From: a virus
DNA: 64,000 nucleotides
Direction: 5' to 3' (one strand)
IMG/VR virus record: IMGVR_UViG_3300042904_000308
Coordinates: 1 to 64,000 of that record
The notes beneath the pieces are model-generated. The model searched no databases, was not told the DNA's origin, and saw nothing but the letters and a program-made list of their open reading frames with translations. How positions within the stretch are numbered: the stretch's first letter is position 1; each line of letters starts with the position of its first letter. Made by a program: the position numbers and the translations under genes. Positions 8,687 to 18,740 of the stretch are shown here, in pieces.

Positions 8687-11600
8687 ATGGCTGCGAACAA
8701 TTACGGTCTACAGCTCGTCAGCACGTCGTCAGATCGTGTTGACCTTTCAACGTCATTTACCATTGCCGATCTGAGCACGTTCACGTTTGAGGCCTGGGTC
8801 AAGGTCGGCTCGGGCTCGACGAGCATTTACCAGCGTGCCTTCGCCATGCGGCAGGGGAACAGTAAGAAAGGCATCCGTCTTGCCCTGACCCCTGTCGAGG
8901 GGAAGCTCAGGTTCGAATTTGCACGGGTAGACGGCACATCCGACACCAATTACACCTATGAGTACGACTGGGATGACTACTGGCATCATGTCGCCTTCAC
9001 GGCGGACATTGGGGCGAAAGAGTACGCCATCATCCTCGATGGGGCTCAGGTGCAGACGGGTGTCATTCCCGACGGCGGACTCGATGGCGAAGACGCTGCC
9101 CTGAAGATATCGAACACGACCTCAGCTGGCATCTGGCTTGGCTCGTTCTCCGAGAACGGCTCGACCTTCCCCTACTACTGGGATGGCAAGATCGACAACA
9201 TCCGCCTCTGGAGCAGCGTCAAGAGCGCATCAGCCCTCGCCTCAGCGATGAACGATCACATCGAAGACCCTGCCACCGAATCGGGCCTAATCGATGAGTA
9301 CACCTTCAACGAGGGCACGGGCACCAGCTCCCCCTCCGAGAAGAACAGCTGGACCGCCACATTGAAACGGGCGGGGAGCGCGAGCTCGGCGCTATGGAAT
9401 ATCGACCGCCCCTTCATGGGCGACGGCGAAACCGATGCCGTCCCTCCCACGGACAACACGATGAGCGCTCCGACCGACATCACGTCGGACGGATTCACGC
9501 TGAACTGGACGGACACGACCGACGATGTGTACGTGCAGTATTTCGAAGTCACGGTCGCCACGGACAGCGAGTTCTCCAGCCCTGTCAGCGGCTACAGCGC
9601 TCTGGATGTGGGGAAGGTGCTCACCTACGATATTGAAGACCTGAGCCCCTCCACCAACTACTATGCGCGAGTGCGAGCGGTAGACGCCGCAGGCAACGCC
9701 AGCACGTACGCAACCTATAACTCCAACGCGGCGATCACGACGCTGGCTGAAGGCGATACCGAGGCACCCGTCGCGCCCGTCGTCACCAGCGCGACGTCCA
9801 TCACTGACGCATCGTTCGTCGCCAACTGGGACGCCGCAACGGACAATGTCGGCGTCACTGGCTACAAGATCGATATTGGCCTCGATGAGGATTTCACGGA
9901 ATTCCTCGGCGGCTTTCGTAACCTCGATGTGGGCAGCGTGCTGACCAAGGCCGTGAACCTCGGCGTGCTGTCGAGCACGGTCTACTACATTCGTGTGCGA
10001 GCGTATGACGCGGCGGAGAACGAGTCGACCGATTCGAACACCGTCACCGTCACCACCTCTGATCCCCCCGATACCGAAAAGCCGTCGATCAACGTGCTTG
10101 AGACGGCAACCAGCATTGGCTCGCAGAGCTTTACCGCCAACTGGAGCGAGGGCGTTGACAATGTCGGCGTGACGGGCTACCTGCTCGATGTGGCAACGGA
10201 TGACGAATTCACCACCTATGTGACAGGGTATGAGAACCTGGACGTCGGCAACGTCACCAGCTACGGCATCACCGATCTGACGCCCCAGGTTGGGTACTAC
10301 TACCGCGTTCGGGCCTACGACGCGGCGGGGAACATCTCGAATGACACCAGCTCTCCCGAGCACGTCACCACGGTGCCCTCGACGATTGAAGAGGGCGGCA
10401 CACTCGAAGTCGCCTACGACGCGGCTGAAGACACCTATGTCGATGAGAACGCGACGGCCACGAACTTCGGCAGCGAGCTGACGCTTGGCGTTCGGGCAGG
10501 CGCGAGCCTGATCCAGAAATCCTACCTGAAGTTTGACCTCAGTGAAGTGACAGGCACGATTGTCAACGCGAACTTGCGGCTCTACGTGAGCGAGGCATCG
10601 ACTGACACCATTTCGGTGCAGCTGGCGACGGGCACCTGGGACGAATCGACACTCACCGACACCAATGACGCGCTCGTCCTGACGGGAGATATCCTCACCT
10701 TCACAGGCAGCGCTGTCGGCTGGGTCGAGCTGGATATCGCCTCGATGCTGTCTGGCGCGGCTGAGTACACCGTGGCGCTGTTCAGCGCTGGGACGGACCT
10801 GCTGCAGATCGACAGCACCGAGTCGGAGAACATTCCGCACCTCGTGCTGGAAATCGATCCGACCAGCTCGACTGAGGTCCAGACGATTACGCTGGAAGCC
10901 ACCACGACATCCCTCACCAACCTGATCAAGAACCCGTCTGCAGAAACGGGAGGCACAGCCTTTGGAGGAGCGACAGGCATCGACGCGCTTGGCGCGGCCA
11001 CACTGCTGCAAGACCTGACGTATGCCTACGAGGGCACCTACTCCGCCAAGGTGGTATCAACCGCTGTCAGTGGCGACGGTGTCAAATTCTCCAGCCCGAC
11101 GGGACTCGCGGTTGCCGCCACGGGTCAGACGCTCAAGGGGCTCGTCCACCTGAAGACCAACACCGCAGACCTCAGCCTGACACTCAAACTGAAGGCGCTG
11201 TACACCGATGCGTCGTCGGACGAGACAACCCTGGCCGTTCAGCTCTCAAGCAGCGGCTGGGCTCGCTTTGACCTCTCGCTGGTCGTGGATTCAGGGAAGA
11301 CGGTCGATTCGGTTGAGGCACATGTGTACCAGGACGACGCCGCGATCAAGACCTACTGGGCTGACGCCGTTGCTGTCGTCTTCAGTGAGGGCGAGATTGC
11401 CTACTTCGATGGTGACACATCACCCGAGACGGACTGGGACAGCATCGCTGATGCAGGCACGTCGACGATGATCGTGTACGAAATCGACGGCACGGTGACG
11501 TATGTTGGCGACGGCGACGAAGACAACACGGTTGTCGTGTCCCATAAGCCAGACAGCGAAGACGATTGGCTTGACCTCGACGACATTGTCGTGACGACCA

Positions 11601-13381
11601 ACCGCAGCACAAAACAGATGACGGCCACGGTTGGTTCGATCTATCGCGCCAACGAGCTCCACAACCCATCGTTCACAAACGATACCAGCTGGTGGGTCGT
11701 CAACCAGTTGTCCACCATCGAGCGGATCACGACTGACGGCATGGAAGACGCTGGAGACGTGGATTTGGCCTGTCTGCGCATTGTGGGTGACGGCAGCCTC
11801 CAGTGGGAAGGCACCATGCTCGCGCAGTGGGTTCCCGCCGCACAAGGCGACGAGTGGACGTTCACCTGCTATCTGAAGAGCATCAGTGGACCCACGCTCA
11901 TCACACTCGAACTGCGTGAGGTTGACGCGGCGGATACGCTGCTTGAGCAGCACTCCGCAGACGTGACGATCACCACGGACTGGGCACGGTACACCAATTC
12001 CGTGACGCTGACGAACGCGGCAACGGAATTCATCTACGTGGTGATCTACCACGGAGACGCGGTCGCCTACGAGATGTACATGGACAGGGCGCAGCTGGAG
12101 TCGCACGCCGCTGCCACCCCCTATATCGACGGAACGCAGGACAACGCGCTGTGGGAAGGAAACGAGCACGAAAGCGCCACCTACCGCGTCCTGAAGCCCG
12201 AGACGATCTACGACGTCGAGTTCGAAATCACTGATCCCGACGGGACAGCTGGCACGAACCCGATTTCCGATCAGGTCACGACACCAGCCGTCCCTGACGA
12301 TTATGTCACCACCGAGAGCCTGAGCCTCACCGCTGAGACTGATCGCATTCACGTGATTGCCCAGTACGCGGGTGACGAGAACGAGAGCGGCACTGGGTAC
12401 ATCGAGTGGAAGCGCAACGACCTCTCCACATGGAGCAAGATCGTTACCACGATTGACAGGGACAACAAGACGCTGTCAGGCACGGTCACGAACCTGAAGC
12501 CAGGCACGGCCTACGACGTTCGAGCGCAGTTCTCTGACTCGGACGACGGCGTTTACGGCACCAACCCGCTCACGGACTCTGTGACCACGGAGTTTGAGGA
12601 GTCGACCGCTGGCACCCGAGAGCGCATCATGTTTGGTGGCTTCGTGCTGAGCGGCGAGGAGGATGGTGACTTTTGGGTCGAGGAGCACGATGCGTTCTCG
12701 CACCCCGAGCGCCGAACCCAGGTGGAAGACTTGCCGCGCACGGACGGCGCGGTCGAGCTGTCAGACTGGTGGGGCAAGCGCGTAATCAGGCTGACAGGTG
12801 GGATCAAGGCAACCTCCCGCTCGGACCTCTACGCCAACGTGGCCGCGTTGCGCCGTGCGTTAGCGCCTCGACAGCAGCGTTTAGTTGTCGATACGCTGGC
12901 ACACTACAACTACTACTTCAACGCCACCTGTACGTCTCTGGTGATCGTCGAGAACGGCGGCGAGAACTACACGCACATCTCCTACATTGCCGAGTTCACC
13001 TGCGCCGACCCGTTCCGCTACGAGGCGTCCGAAACGTCAGAGGTCGATATCGAGCTACAGACGACCGACGAAGTGACCATCAACAACGATGGCGACCTCG
13101 TGACGGACGCGGTCTATATCATCTCCACCACAAGCGCTTCCGAGATTTCACTGACACTATTCAATGAAACGACAGGCGAGCGCATTACTCCCGACGGAAC
13201 GATTACCCAGTCGGATGACCTTGTTATCGATGGAACACGCCTGACGGTCACAAAGAATGGCGTGGAAATTGACTTTGCAGGCGGCTTTCCGCGCTTGAAC
13301 GCGGGTGCCAATGTCCTGTCGGTCATTCTCTCAGCAGACTCCATCAATTTGACTGTTCGCAGAAGGCATCGCTACCTGTAG
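8687..13381 (+). CDS. giant tail-tip protein: LamG + FN3 repeats + DNRLRE-type module + CBM-like domains, with a C-terminal distal tail (Dit)-like domain
   Basis: LamG motifs (FTFEAWVK, WHHVAFT, WDGKIDNIRLWS); three FN3 repeats (YY.RVRAYDAAGN); EDTYVD…SYLKFDLS; NLIKNPS and LHNPSF CBM-like starts; C-terminal Dit-like features (LPRTDG, FTCADPF, NDGD, PRLNAGAN, RHRYL*). Confidence 0.8.
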   Translation: MAANNYGLQLVSTSSDRVDLSTSFTIADLSTFTFEAWVKVGSGSTSIYQRAFAMRQGNSKKGIRLALTPVEGKLRFEFARVDGTSDTNYTYEYDWDDYWHHVAFTADIGAKEYAIILDGAQVQTGVIPDGGLDGEDAALKISNTTSAGIWLGSFSENGSTFPYYWDGKIDNIRLWSSVKSASALASAMNDHIEDPATESGLIDEYTFNEGTGTSSPSEKNSWTATLKRAGSASSALWNIDRPFMGDGETDAVPPTDNTMSAPTDITSDGFTLNWTDTTDDVYVQYFEVTVATDSEFSSPVSGYSALDVGKVLTYDIEDLSPSTNYYARVRAVDAAGNASTYATYNSNAAITTLAEGDTEAPVAPVVTSATSITDASFVANWDAATDNVGVTGYKIDIGLDEDFTEFLGGFRNLDVGSVLTKAVNLGVLSSTVYYIRVRAYDAAENESTDSNTVTVTTSDPPDTEKPSINVLETATSIGSQSFTANWSEGVDNVGVTGYLLDVATDDEFTTYVTGYENLDVGNVTSYGITDLTPQVGYYYRVRAYDAAGNISNDTSSPEHVTTVPSTIEEGGTLEVAYDAAEDTYVDENATATNFGSELTLGVRAGASLIQKSYLKFDLSEVTGTIVNANLRLYVSEASTDTISVQLATGTWDESTLTDTNDALVLTGDILTFTGSAVGWVELDIASMLSGAAEYTVALFSAGTDLLQIDSTESENIPHLVLEIDPTSSTEVQTITLEATTTSLTNLIKNPSAETGGTAFGGATGIDALGAATLLQDLTYAYEGTYSAKVVSTAVSGDGVKFSSPTGLAVAATGQTLKGLVHLKTNTADLSLTLKLKALYTDASSDETTLAVQLSSSGWARFDLSLVVDSGKTVDSVEAHVYQDDAAIKTYWADAVAVVFSEGEIAYFDGDTSPETDWDSIADAGTSTMIVYEIDGTVTYVGDGDEDNTVVVSHKPDSEDDWLDLDDIVVTTNRSTKQMTATVGSIYRANELHNPSFTNDTSWWVVNQLSTIERITTDGMEDAGDVDLACLRIVGDGSLQWEGTMLAQWVPAAQGDEWTFTCYLKSISGPTLITLELREVDAADTLLEQHSADVTITTDWARYTNSVTLTNAATEFIYVVIYHGDAVAYEMYMDRAQLESHAAATPYIDGTQDNALWEGNEHESATYRVLKPETIYDVEFEITDPDGTAGTNPISDQVTTPAVPDDYVTTESLSLTAETDRIHVIAQYAGDENESGTGYIEWKRNDLSTWSKIVTTIDRDNKTLSGTVTNLKPGTAYDVRAQFSDSDDGVYGTNPLTDSVTTEFEESTAGTRERIMFGGFVLSGEEDGDFWVEEHDAFSHPERRTQVEDLPRTDGAVELSDWWGKRVIRLTGGIKATSRSDLYANVAALRRALAPRQQRLVVDTLAHYNYYFNATCTSLVIVENGGENYTHISYIAEFTCADPFRYEASETSEVDIELQTTDEVTINNDGDLVTDAVYIISTTSASEISLTLFNETTGERITPDGTITQSDDLVIDGTRLTVTKNGVEIDFAGGFPRLNAGANVLSVILSADSINLTVRRRHRYL

Positions 13382-13414
13382 TGGTGCCTTCGCGCACACC
13401 AAGAGGGGAAATCA

Positions 13415-16400
13415 ATGGCACAGCTTACTCCAACTGAAGTGTTTGACAGCTTTGCGAGGAACGTTTCAGGGTCTTTGGGCACCAGCGATTCTGGCGATGA
13501 CTGGCTGGGCGACGACGACAGCAACATTTCCACCTACTTCGCAGGCAACTCGGGCTACGCTCGTTTCACCGTCAATTCGACCTCTGGTGATCACCTTGTC
13601 TACGTAGACAAGGTGAACCAGGGTACGGCGGAGGTTCTGTGTAAGGTTCGATGGAACACGAGCGCCTACACGGACCACGGACCAGTGCTCCGCTACCAGG
13701 ACGCGAACAACTACTATCTCGTGTCGCTGCAAGAATCGTTCGATGAAATCAAAATCCACTCTGTCATCGGCGGAGTCAGAACGCAGCTGGGCGAAACCGC
13801 GAAATCGATCTTTCCCAATACATGGTACTGGGTACGCTTCAAATCTGACGGAGCGTTTCTCAGACTGCGAATGTGGGAAGAGGGTGACGCGGAGCCAGGA
13901 AGCTGGAATCTGACGGTGAACTACGCGGTTGGTGGACCGTCTACAGGTGACGGCGGGTATATCGTCCACAGCACGAGCACCACCCATCGCGTTGACATGG
14001 AGACGTTCTACTATCGCACGCTCGAAGACACCGAGCCTGCGCTTCCCGTCACCGATACGTTTGCACGAGACGTGAACCAGGGATTCGGGATGTCCGACAC
14101 GGGCCACCTGTGGTCGGGGTTCGTGGCAGACGCGCCTGATTACTATGGGGTAACACGGTACGGCAGTGTCTCGACGATCTATGACGGCAGCGCTCCTATT
14201 ATCATTCCCTCTGGCGCAGATTCAGTGCAGGCGTTGATTGGACCGTCTGCGCAGGACACCGAAGTTCGCGCACTTGTGGGCTGCAGCACGACGTCGGGAA
14301 ATCCCACGATGCGTATTGCCCTGCGTGGCTCGGACGCATCGGTTGGCGGGGTTTTCGCGCCGACGTGGTACTACGCCTTCCTGCAATGGGGCACCAATGT
14401 CCTGAGGATTTACGACTACGCTGCCGTGCAGATCGGCAGCACGTACACCTTCGGCACAGCGCTGGTCATCAACGACCCGTACTACATCAAGTTCAGAGCC
14501 GAAGGCGCGAGCGGATCGATGGTCTTGAGCGCCAAGGCCTGGAAGCTGGGAGACGCTGAACCAGGAAGCTGGCAAGTCACGGGCGCAGGCACCTCGCCGT
14601 ACCGTAATTCAGGATCAGCAGGGTTCCGCGCCAGCGCAGGCAGCGTTGAAACGTACTTCACATTCTTCGAGTTCACCTACGACTACATCACCAACAACAA
14701 CCGTGTTGCGCCAGACGTGATCTATACCAACGCGACCACGGACACGACGACCGAGATATGGACCGACTTCACCAACGACCTGAACGACAACTCGACCGTC
14801 ACCTTTCAGTACAAGAAGTCGAGCGAAGAATCGTGGACGACAGCGGGGTCGGTAACGACCAGCTACGCGGGAAATTATCACTATGTGACCGTTACGGGTC
14901 TTGACCCAGGCACCGAGTACGACATGCGCGTCACCTATGCGGATGTCGATGGTGTAACGGGCACCAACCCGCTGGAAGGCACGTTTACGACCCACATGCG
15001 GGGAATCGACACGTCAGGCTCCGAGCTGACGGTCACGCCTGTCGATATCGATCAGCTCGATGTGATCGCAACCTATGCCGAAGACAGCGACGACGATTCA
15101 ACGGCCACGGTGCGCTATCGCGTTGGAGTCGGAGCGTGGTCCTCTCCCGCCGCAATGACGGCGGACAGACCCAACAAGCGCTTCACCGCCAGCATCACGG
15201 GCCTGACCGAGGATACGTCCTACGAGGTCGAGGTTACGTACAGCGATGCCGACGGCTTCATTGACGGCGATGCAACCATCCTTGGCGCGGCGACCACGCT
15301 CGGTCCCGCGATTGAGCTACTTGCGGTGGCGGCAACGCCAAATGATATCTCTGCGGTAATCGTCGCGTCGTACGACTTCGACACGAACGAAAACGCATCC
15401 TGCTCGTTTCAGTATCGCAGCATTCGCCAGAACCTCTGGACAGCGATCAACAGCGCAGCGGTGTCGGTAGACCGTGTCGCGAAGACGTTCCGCACCACGC
15501 TGGTCGGCCTGAGCCCCAACACTACCTACAGCATTCGCGCAACCGTCTCTGATCCCGACGGGGTGGCGACAGGCTCGGAAGCGACTCAGCAGGCCGTCTT
15601 CACCACCACGGGCAGCATCGTCGATCCCGACAAGCGCAGCAAGCACTACCTGTACAAAATCTACGACTACGAGGATAGCTACCTCGGCACATGGAACGAC
15701 GCGCCCGAGCCGAGCTTCCGCCTGCAGATGAACGGCGGGACATCGGACCTGACCGTCGTGCTGCCTCGGCGTATCGCCCAGGTCCACAGTGATCCGACCA
15801 TTGACTTCGGCAACCGCGTGGACATTGTCGCCATCGACGGCCAGTCGGACGGCATGGGCCGCAACCTGATGCTCGACAGCGACATGGACCTCGGATCGTG
15901 GACGCTGGCAACAGACTGGAGCGTAGGCGATACCGCTGGTCCTGACAACAGCAGCGCTCTGGTGTTCTCCTCAGCAGCCAGCACAACCCGACAGGTTTTG
16001 TCGGAAACCATCGAGCTCTCGACGGTTTCACCGCTCGTCACCACGGCAGTCGCCAAGGCTCGCGGTGGGAAGCTCAGGATGGACATGGCCGCATACGACG
16101 CTGAGGATGCCCTGCTCGACACCAGCGACGACAACGCGGAGACGATTGGTCCCGACTGGCAGACGCTTCGCCTGGAGTGGGTGCCGCCGAAAGGCACATC
16201 CTACGTCAGGGTGCGCGTGGAGAATGTCGGCGCAGGCAACATGTACTTCGACAAGGTGAAAGTGCTGTCGAAGGAAGTGCTGATCTATCGCGGCAGGATC
16301 GAGAGCTACAACCCGCGATTGCAGAAAGAGGGCGAGTCCATCGAGATTGAGGTTTTCGGGCTGGCGAGCCGCCTGACCGATACCTCGATTCCCTTCCTGC

Positions 16401-17314
16401 AGTACGCCACCACGCAACCGTCGAAAGACCTGACCGCTGGGCGTCCCAAATACTCCGCTGCTGACCCAGCCAACATGCTGAAGAAGCTGATCGATCTGGC
16501 CCAGGAGCAGAACCCGCAGTTCGACCTCTACTACACGGACGACTCGATCAAGCTCACGGGCACGATTGCCGAATACACCTTCCGCGATCAGGAGCTGCGA
16601 GACGCTTTCGATAAGGTCCGAAACCTGTGCCCCCCTGGCTGGCATATCTTTGTCGAGCCTGACGGCAAGGTGCTGCTGCGCGGTCCCGAGCACGTCCCTA
16701 CCCACAAGCTGCGGCTGCATGTGGAAGTGATGGAATTCGAGAACCCGAAGTCGATCAAGAGCATGAAGAACTTCATCACCGTGCGCGGTCGGCAGGACGA
16801 GGACGAGTCCGAGCCTGACGGCTTTGGATCGATCAACTACACGGCGTTCGATCAGTCGTCCATTGACCGCTACGGGCTGCGCATGCACGTGATCCGTGAC
16901 GGTGACTTGAAAGACCCCGCGACGGCAGAAATCGTGGGAGACGGGCGGCTCGAAGAGCTCAACCGTCCCGAGCAGCGCGGTTCGGCCTATATCCCTGACG
17001 AGAAAGACTTGCGCTACACCGCGAACGCTCTTCGCGGCTACAACATCGAGGCTTTTCAGCCTGGGGATATGGTTCGCGTCTACGACCCGATTTCAGGTGA
17101 GGGGCGCACCTACTGGGATCAGTTCGAGTGGGATACCGACCGCTGGGATTCAGCGGAAAGCAAGGTGCTGCCCGAAGACGTGCCGATCAACACGGTGCGG
17201 TACGAGGGCACCCACGTCATTATCGAGCTTTCCCAGCGACAGCCGAACGCGATTGGCGACTTTGCGAAGCTGCTTGGCTACATGCGCCAGCAGGAGAAGA
17301 ACATCACGGACTAA
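13415..17314 (+). CDS. large tail-tip/baseplate hub (Tal-like) protein with N-terminal lectin-like and FN3-like modules
   Basis: Two DSF.R/DTF.R beta-sandwich repeats; three FN3-like repeats; Tal-like region from ~15640 (YKIYD…YLG, IYRGRIE, SIDRYGLR, FQPGDMV). Confidence 0.75.
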   Translation: MAQLTPTEVFDSFARNVSGSLGTSDSGDDWLGDDDSNISTYFAGNSGYARFTVNSTSGDHLVYVDKVNQGTAEVLCKVRWNTSAYTDHGPVLRYQDANNYYLVSLQESFDEIKIHSVIGGVRTQLGETAKSIFPNTWYWVRFKSDGAFLRLRMWEEGDAEPGSWNLTVNYAVGGPSTGDGGYIVHSTSTTHRVDMETFYYRTLEDTEPALPVTDTFARDVNQGFGMSDTGHLWSGFVADAPDYYGVTRYGSVSTIYDGSAPIIIPSGADSVQALIGPSAQDTEVRALVGCSTTSGNPTMRIALRGSDASVGGVFAPTWYYAFLQWGTNVLRIYDYAAVQIGSTYTFGTALVINDPYYIKFRAEGASGSMVLSAKAWKLGDAEPGSWQVTGAGTSPYRNSGSAGFRASAGSVETYFTFFEFTYDYITNNNRVAPDVIYTNATTDTTTEIWTDFTNDLNDNSTVTFQYKKSSEESWTTAGSVTTSYAGNYHYVTVTGLDPGTEYDMRVTYADVDGVTGTNPLEGTFTTHMRGIDTSGSELTVTPVDIDQLDVIATYAEDSDDDSTATVRYRVGVGAWSSPAAMTADRPNKRFTASITGLTEDTSYEVEVTYSDADGFIDGDATILGAATTLGPAIELLAVAATPNDISAVIVASYDFDTNENASCSFQYRSIRQNLWTAINSAAVSVDRVAKTFRTTLVGLSPNTTYSIRATVSDPDGVATGSEATQQAVFTTTGSIVDPDKRSKHYLYKIYDYEDSYLGTWNDAPEPSFRLQMNGGTSDLTVVLPRRIAQVHSDPTIDFGNRVDIVAIDGQSDGMGRNLMLDSDMDLGSWTLATDWSVGDTAGPDNSSALVFSSAASTTRQVLSETIELSTVSPLVTTAVAKARGGKLRMDMAAYDAEDALLDTSDDNAETIGPDWQTLRLEWVPPKGTSYVRVRVENVGAGNMYFDKVKVLSKEVLIYRGRIESYNPRLQKEGESIEIEVFGLASRLTDTSIPFLQYATTQPSKDLTAGRPKYSAADPANMLKKLIDLAQEQNPQFDLYYTDDSIKLTGTIAEYTFRDQELRDAFDKVRNLCPPGWHIFVEPDGKVLLRGPEHVPTHKLRLHVEVMEFENPKSIKSMKNFITVRGRQDEDESEPDGFGSINYTAFDQSSIDRYGLRMHVIRDGDLKDPATAEIVGDGRLEELNRPEQRGSAYIPDEKDLRYTANALRGYNIEAFQPGDMVRVYDPISGEGRTYWDQFEWDTDRWDSAESKVLPEDVPINTVRYEGTHVIIELSQRQPNAIGDFAKLLGYMRQQEKNITD

Positions 17315-17324
17315 GGAGTAGATC

Positions 17325-18191
17325 ATGGCAGTACCACACACATTTGAAAGCGGGGAGATAGCCTCTTCCGCCGAGGTCAATGAAAACTTCAACCATGTCG
17401 ATGGGGTGCTTGGCACAGATTCTACCAGCTCCGAGCTTAACCTGCCTGGAAACGTGGTGATGAGTCCAAGAGACACCATCCAACTCAGTGCGGCGGCGGA
17501 TACCGCCTATGGCGACAATACCTTTATCCAACTTTCGTGGAACGCTGAGCTTTATGACTCGGGAGGGGGTACATGGAAAGTCAGGCGCATTAATGACGGC
17601 GAGGAGTCGGCGGGAGTTCGAATAGGCTCAGGTTCGGACAAGGCTGATTCGGCAATCGAGTTCTGGCTCAGCGCTCGCACAGACGGCGAGCTGAACTCGC
17701 AATTCACCAGGGTCGGAGCTTTTCAGGCACGGCTGAATGGCGACGACACCTTTTACCTGTGGGACGGCATGCGAATGAGCAGGGTTGCCACGAACCCAGC
17801 CTCGATTCAGGATTACCGTCTCACCTACACTCCATTCGCAAACCCTGTCACCATTTATGACGGCGTCTATCTCAAGACTGGCCGAATAACCCGACGAGCA
17901 ACCGACTATGGCGTACCTGCTGAAGCCGTCGCGGTGCAGTTGTCTGCGTATGTTACTGCCACGGCAGGCTCAGGAGCTGGACTCAAGCTCATGCAGGCCG
18001 AGGCAAGCCCGTCCATCGGGACGGGATTCGTTGTGCATGCTTATGGTGGGCCGTATTCCTACTACGGGCGCTCAGGCGGCGAGGGCATCGTTCATTTAGG
18101 AACCTCTGGTTCATACGACGGTCGATTCTACGAACAGCGCACCGCAGTGTTCTCAACGGGAAGTCTCTTCATCAAGGGCTTCTGGATGTAA
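17325..18191 (+). CDS. tail fiber / receptor-binding protein
   Basis: N-terminus P(H)TF..GE.AS.AEVNENF, typical of phage fiber attachment domains; last gene of the tail block. Confidence 0.6.
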   Translation: MAVPHTFESGEIASSAEVNENFNHVDGVLGTDSTSSELNLPGNVVMSPRDTIQLSAAADTAYGDNTFIQLSWNAELYDSGGGTWKVRRINDGEESAGVRIGSGSDKADSAIEFWLSARTDGELNSQFTRVGAFQARLNGDDTFYLWDGMRMSRVATNPASIQDYRLTYTPFANPVTIYDGVYLKTGRITRRATDYGVPAEAVAVQLSAYVTATAGSGAGLKLMQAEASPSIGTGFVVHAYGGPYSYYGRSGGEGIVHLGTSGSYDGRFYEQRTAVFSTGSLFIKGFWM

Positions 18192-18208
18192 TTAGTTGGT
18201 TGCGATCT

Positions 18209-18244
18209 GCCTCCGATGTCAGTCATCGGGGGCTTTCTGTTTTC
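18209..18244 (+). terminator. intrinsic terminator before the lysis genes
   Basis: GCCTCCGATG-tcagt-CATCGGGGGC stem followed by a T-rich run. Confidence 0.65.
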
Positions 18245-18256
18245 GGGAGAATCCTT

Positions 18257-18715
18257 ATGTCAGAAGAGAAGGTACAAGCACTTGAGGAGCGAATATCGAC
18301 CCTTAACACCACAGTAATCAAAACTGAAGAACGACTGATTGCCCTCACGGACTCGTTGAGGCGTGAGGCACAGCACCTTGACGAAATCATGAAGCTGCAT
18401 CAGGAAACGCACTCCCGCGAGCATGACCTGACATCAGGCTCCATTGCCAAATCCGAGCAGACCACGAACGTCAAGATAGGCGAGCTTGAAAAACGCGCTG
18501 AGCTGATGCGACTGGAGATGCAGAACCTCGTTACCCGCGAGTACCTGGAACGCTTCGTTATCCAGCTGGACAAGGTCGACACACGTGTCACCACGATAGA
18601 AAAGGTCGACACCAACTCGAAGGAAAACAACCAGCAATGGGTGTCCGTCGGGTTGCTTGTCGCTGTCACCTTGGTCAACATCGCCATCGCCGTATTTTCA
18701 CAAATAATGACATAA
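18257..18715 (+). CDS. coiled-coil protein with a C-terminal TM helix (holin/lysis accessory-like)
   Basis: GGGAGA RBS before ATG 18257; heptad-rich; hydrophobic C-terminus; directly before the endolysin. Confidence 0.55.
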   Translation: MSEEKVQALEERISTLNTTVIKTEERLIALTDSLRREAQHLDEIMKLHQETHSREHDLTSGSIAKSEQTTNVKIGELEKRAELMRLEMQNLVTREYLERFVIQLDKVDTRVTTIEKVDTNSKENNQQWVSVGLLVAVTLVNIAIAVFSQIMT

Positions 18716-18740
18716 GTTAACTCCCCTACAACAAAAGGAT

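Noticed and set aside
13379-13417. The TAG of the Dit-like gene is in frame with the Tal-like gene with no intervening stop (read-through or TAG recoding?)
   Set aside because: The upstream protein ends in a typical Dit C-terminus (RHRYL), the downstream gene has its own GAGGGG RBS, and other genes end sensibly at TAG; likely chance.
17325-18191. Diversity-generating retroelement or invertible cassette targeting the fiber gene
   Set aside because: No reverse transcriptase, template repeat or alternative C-termini in the window.
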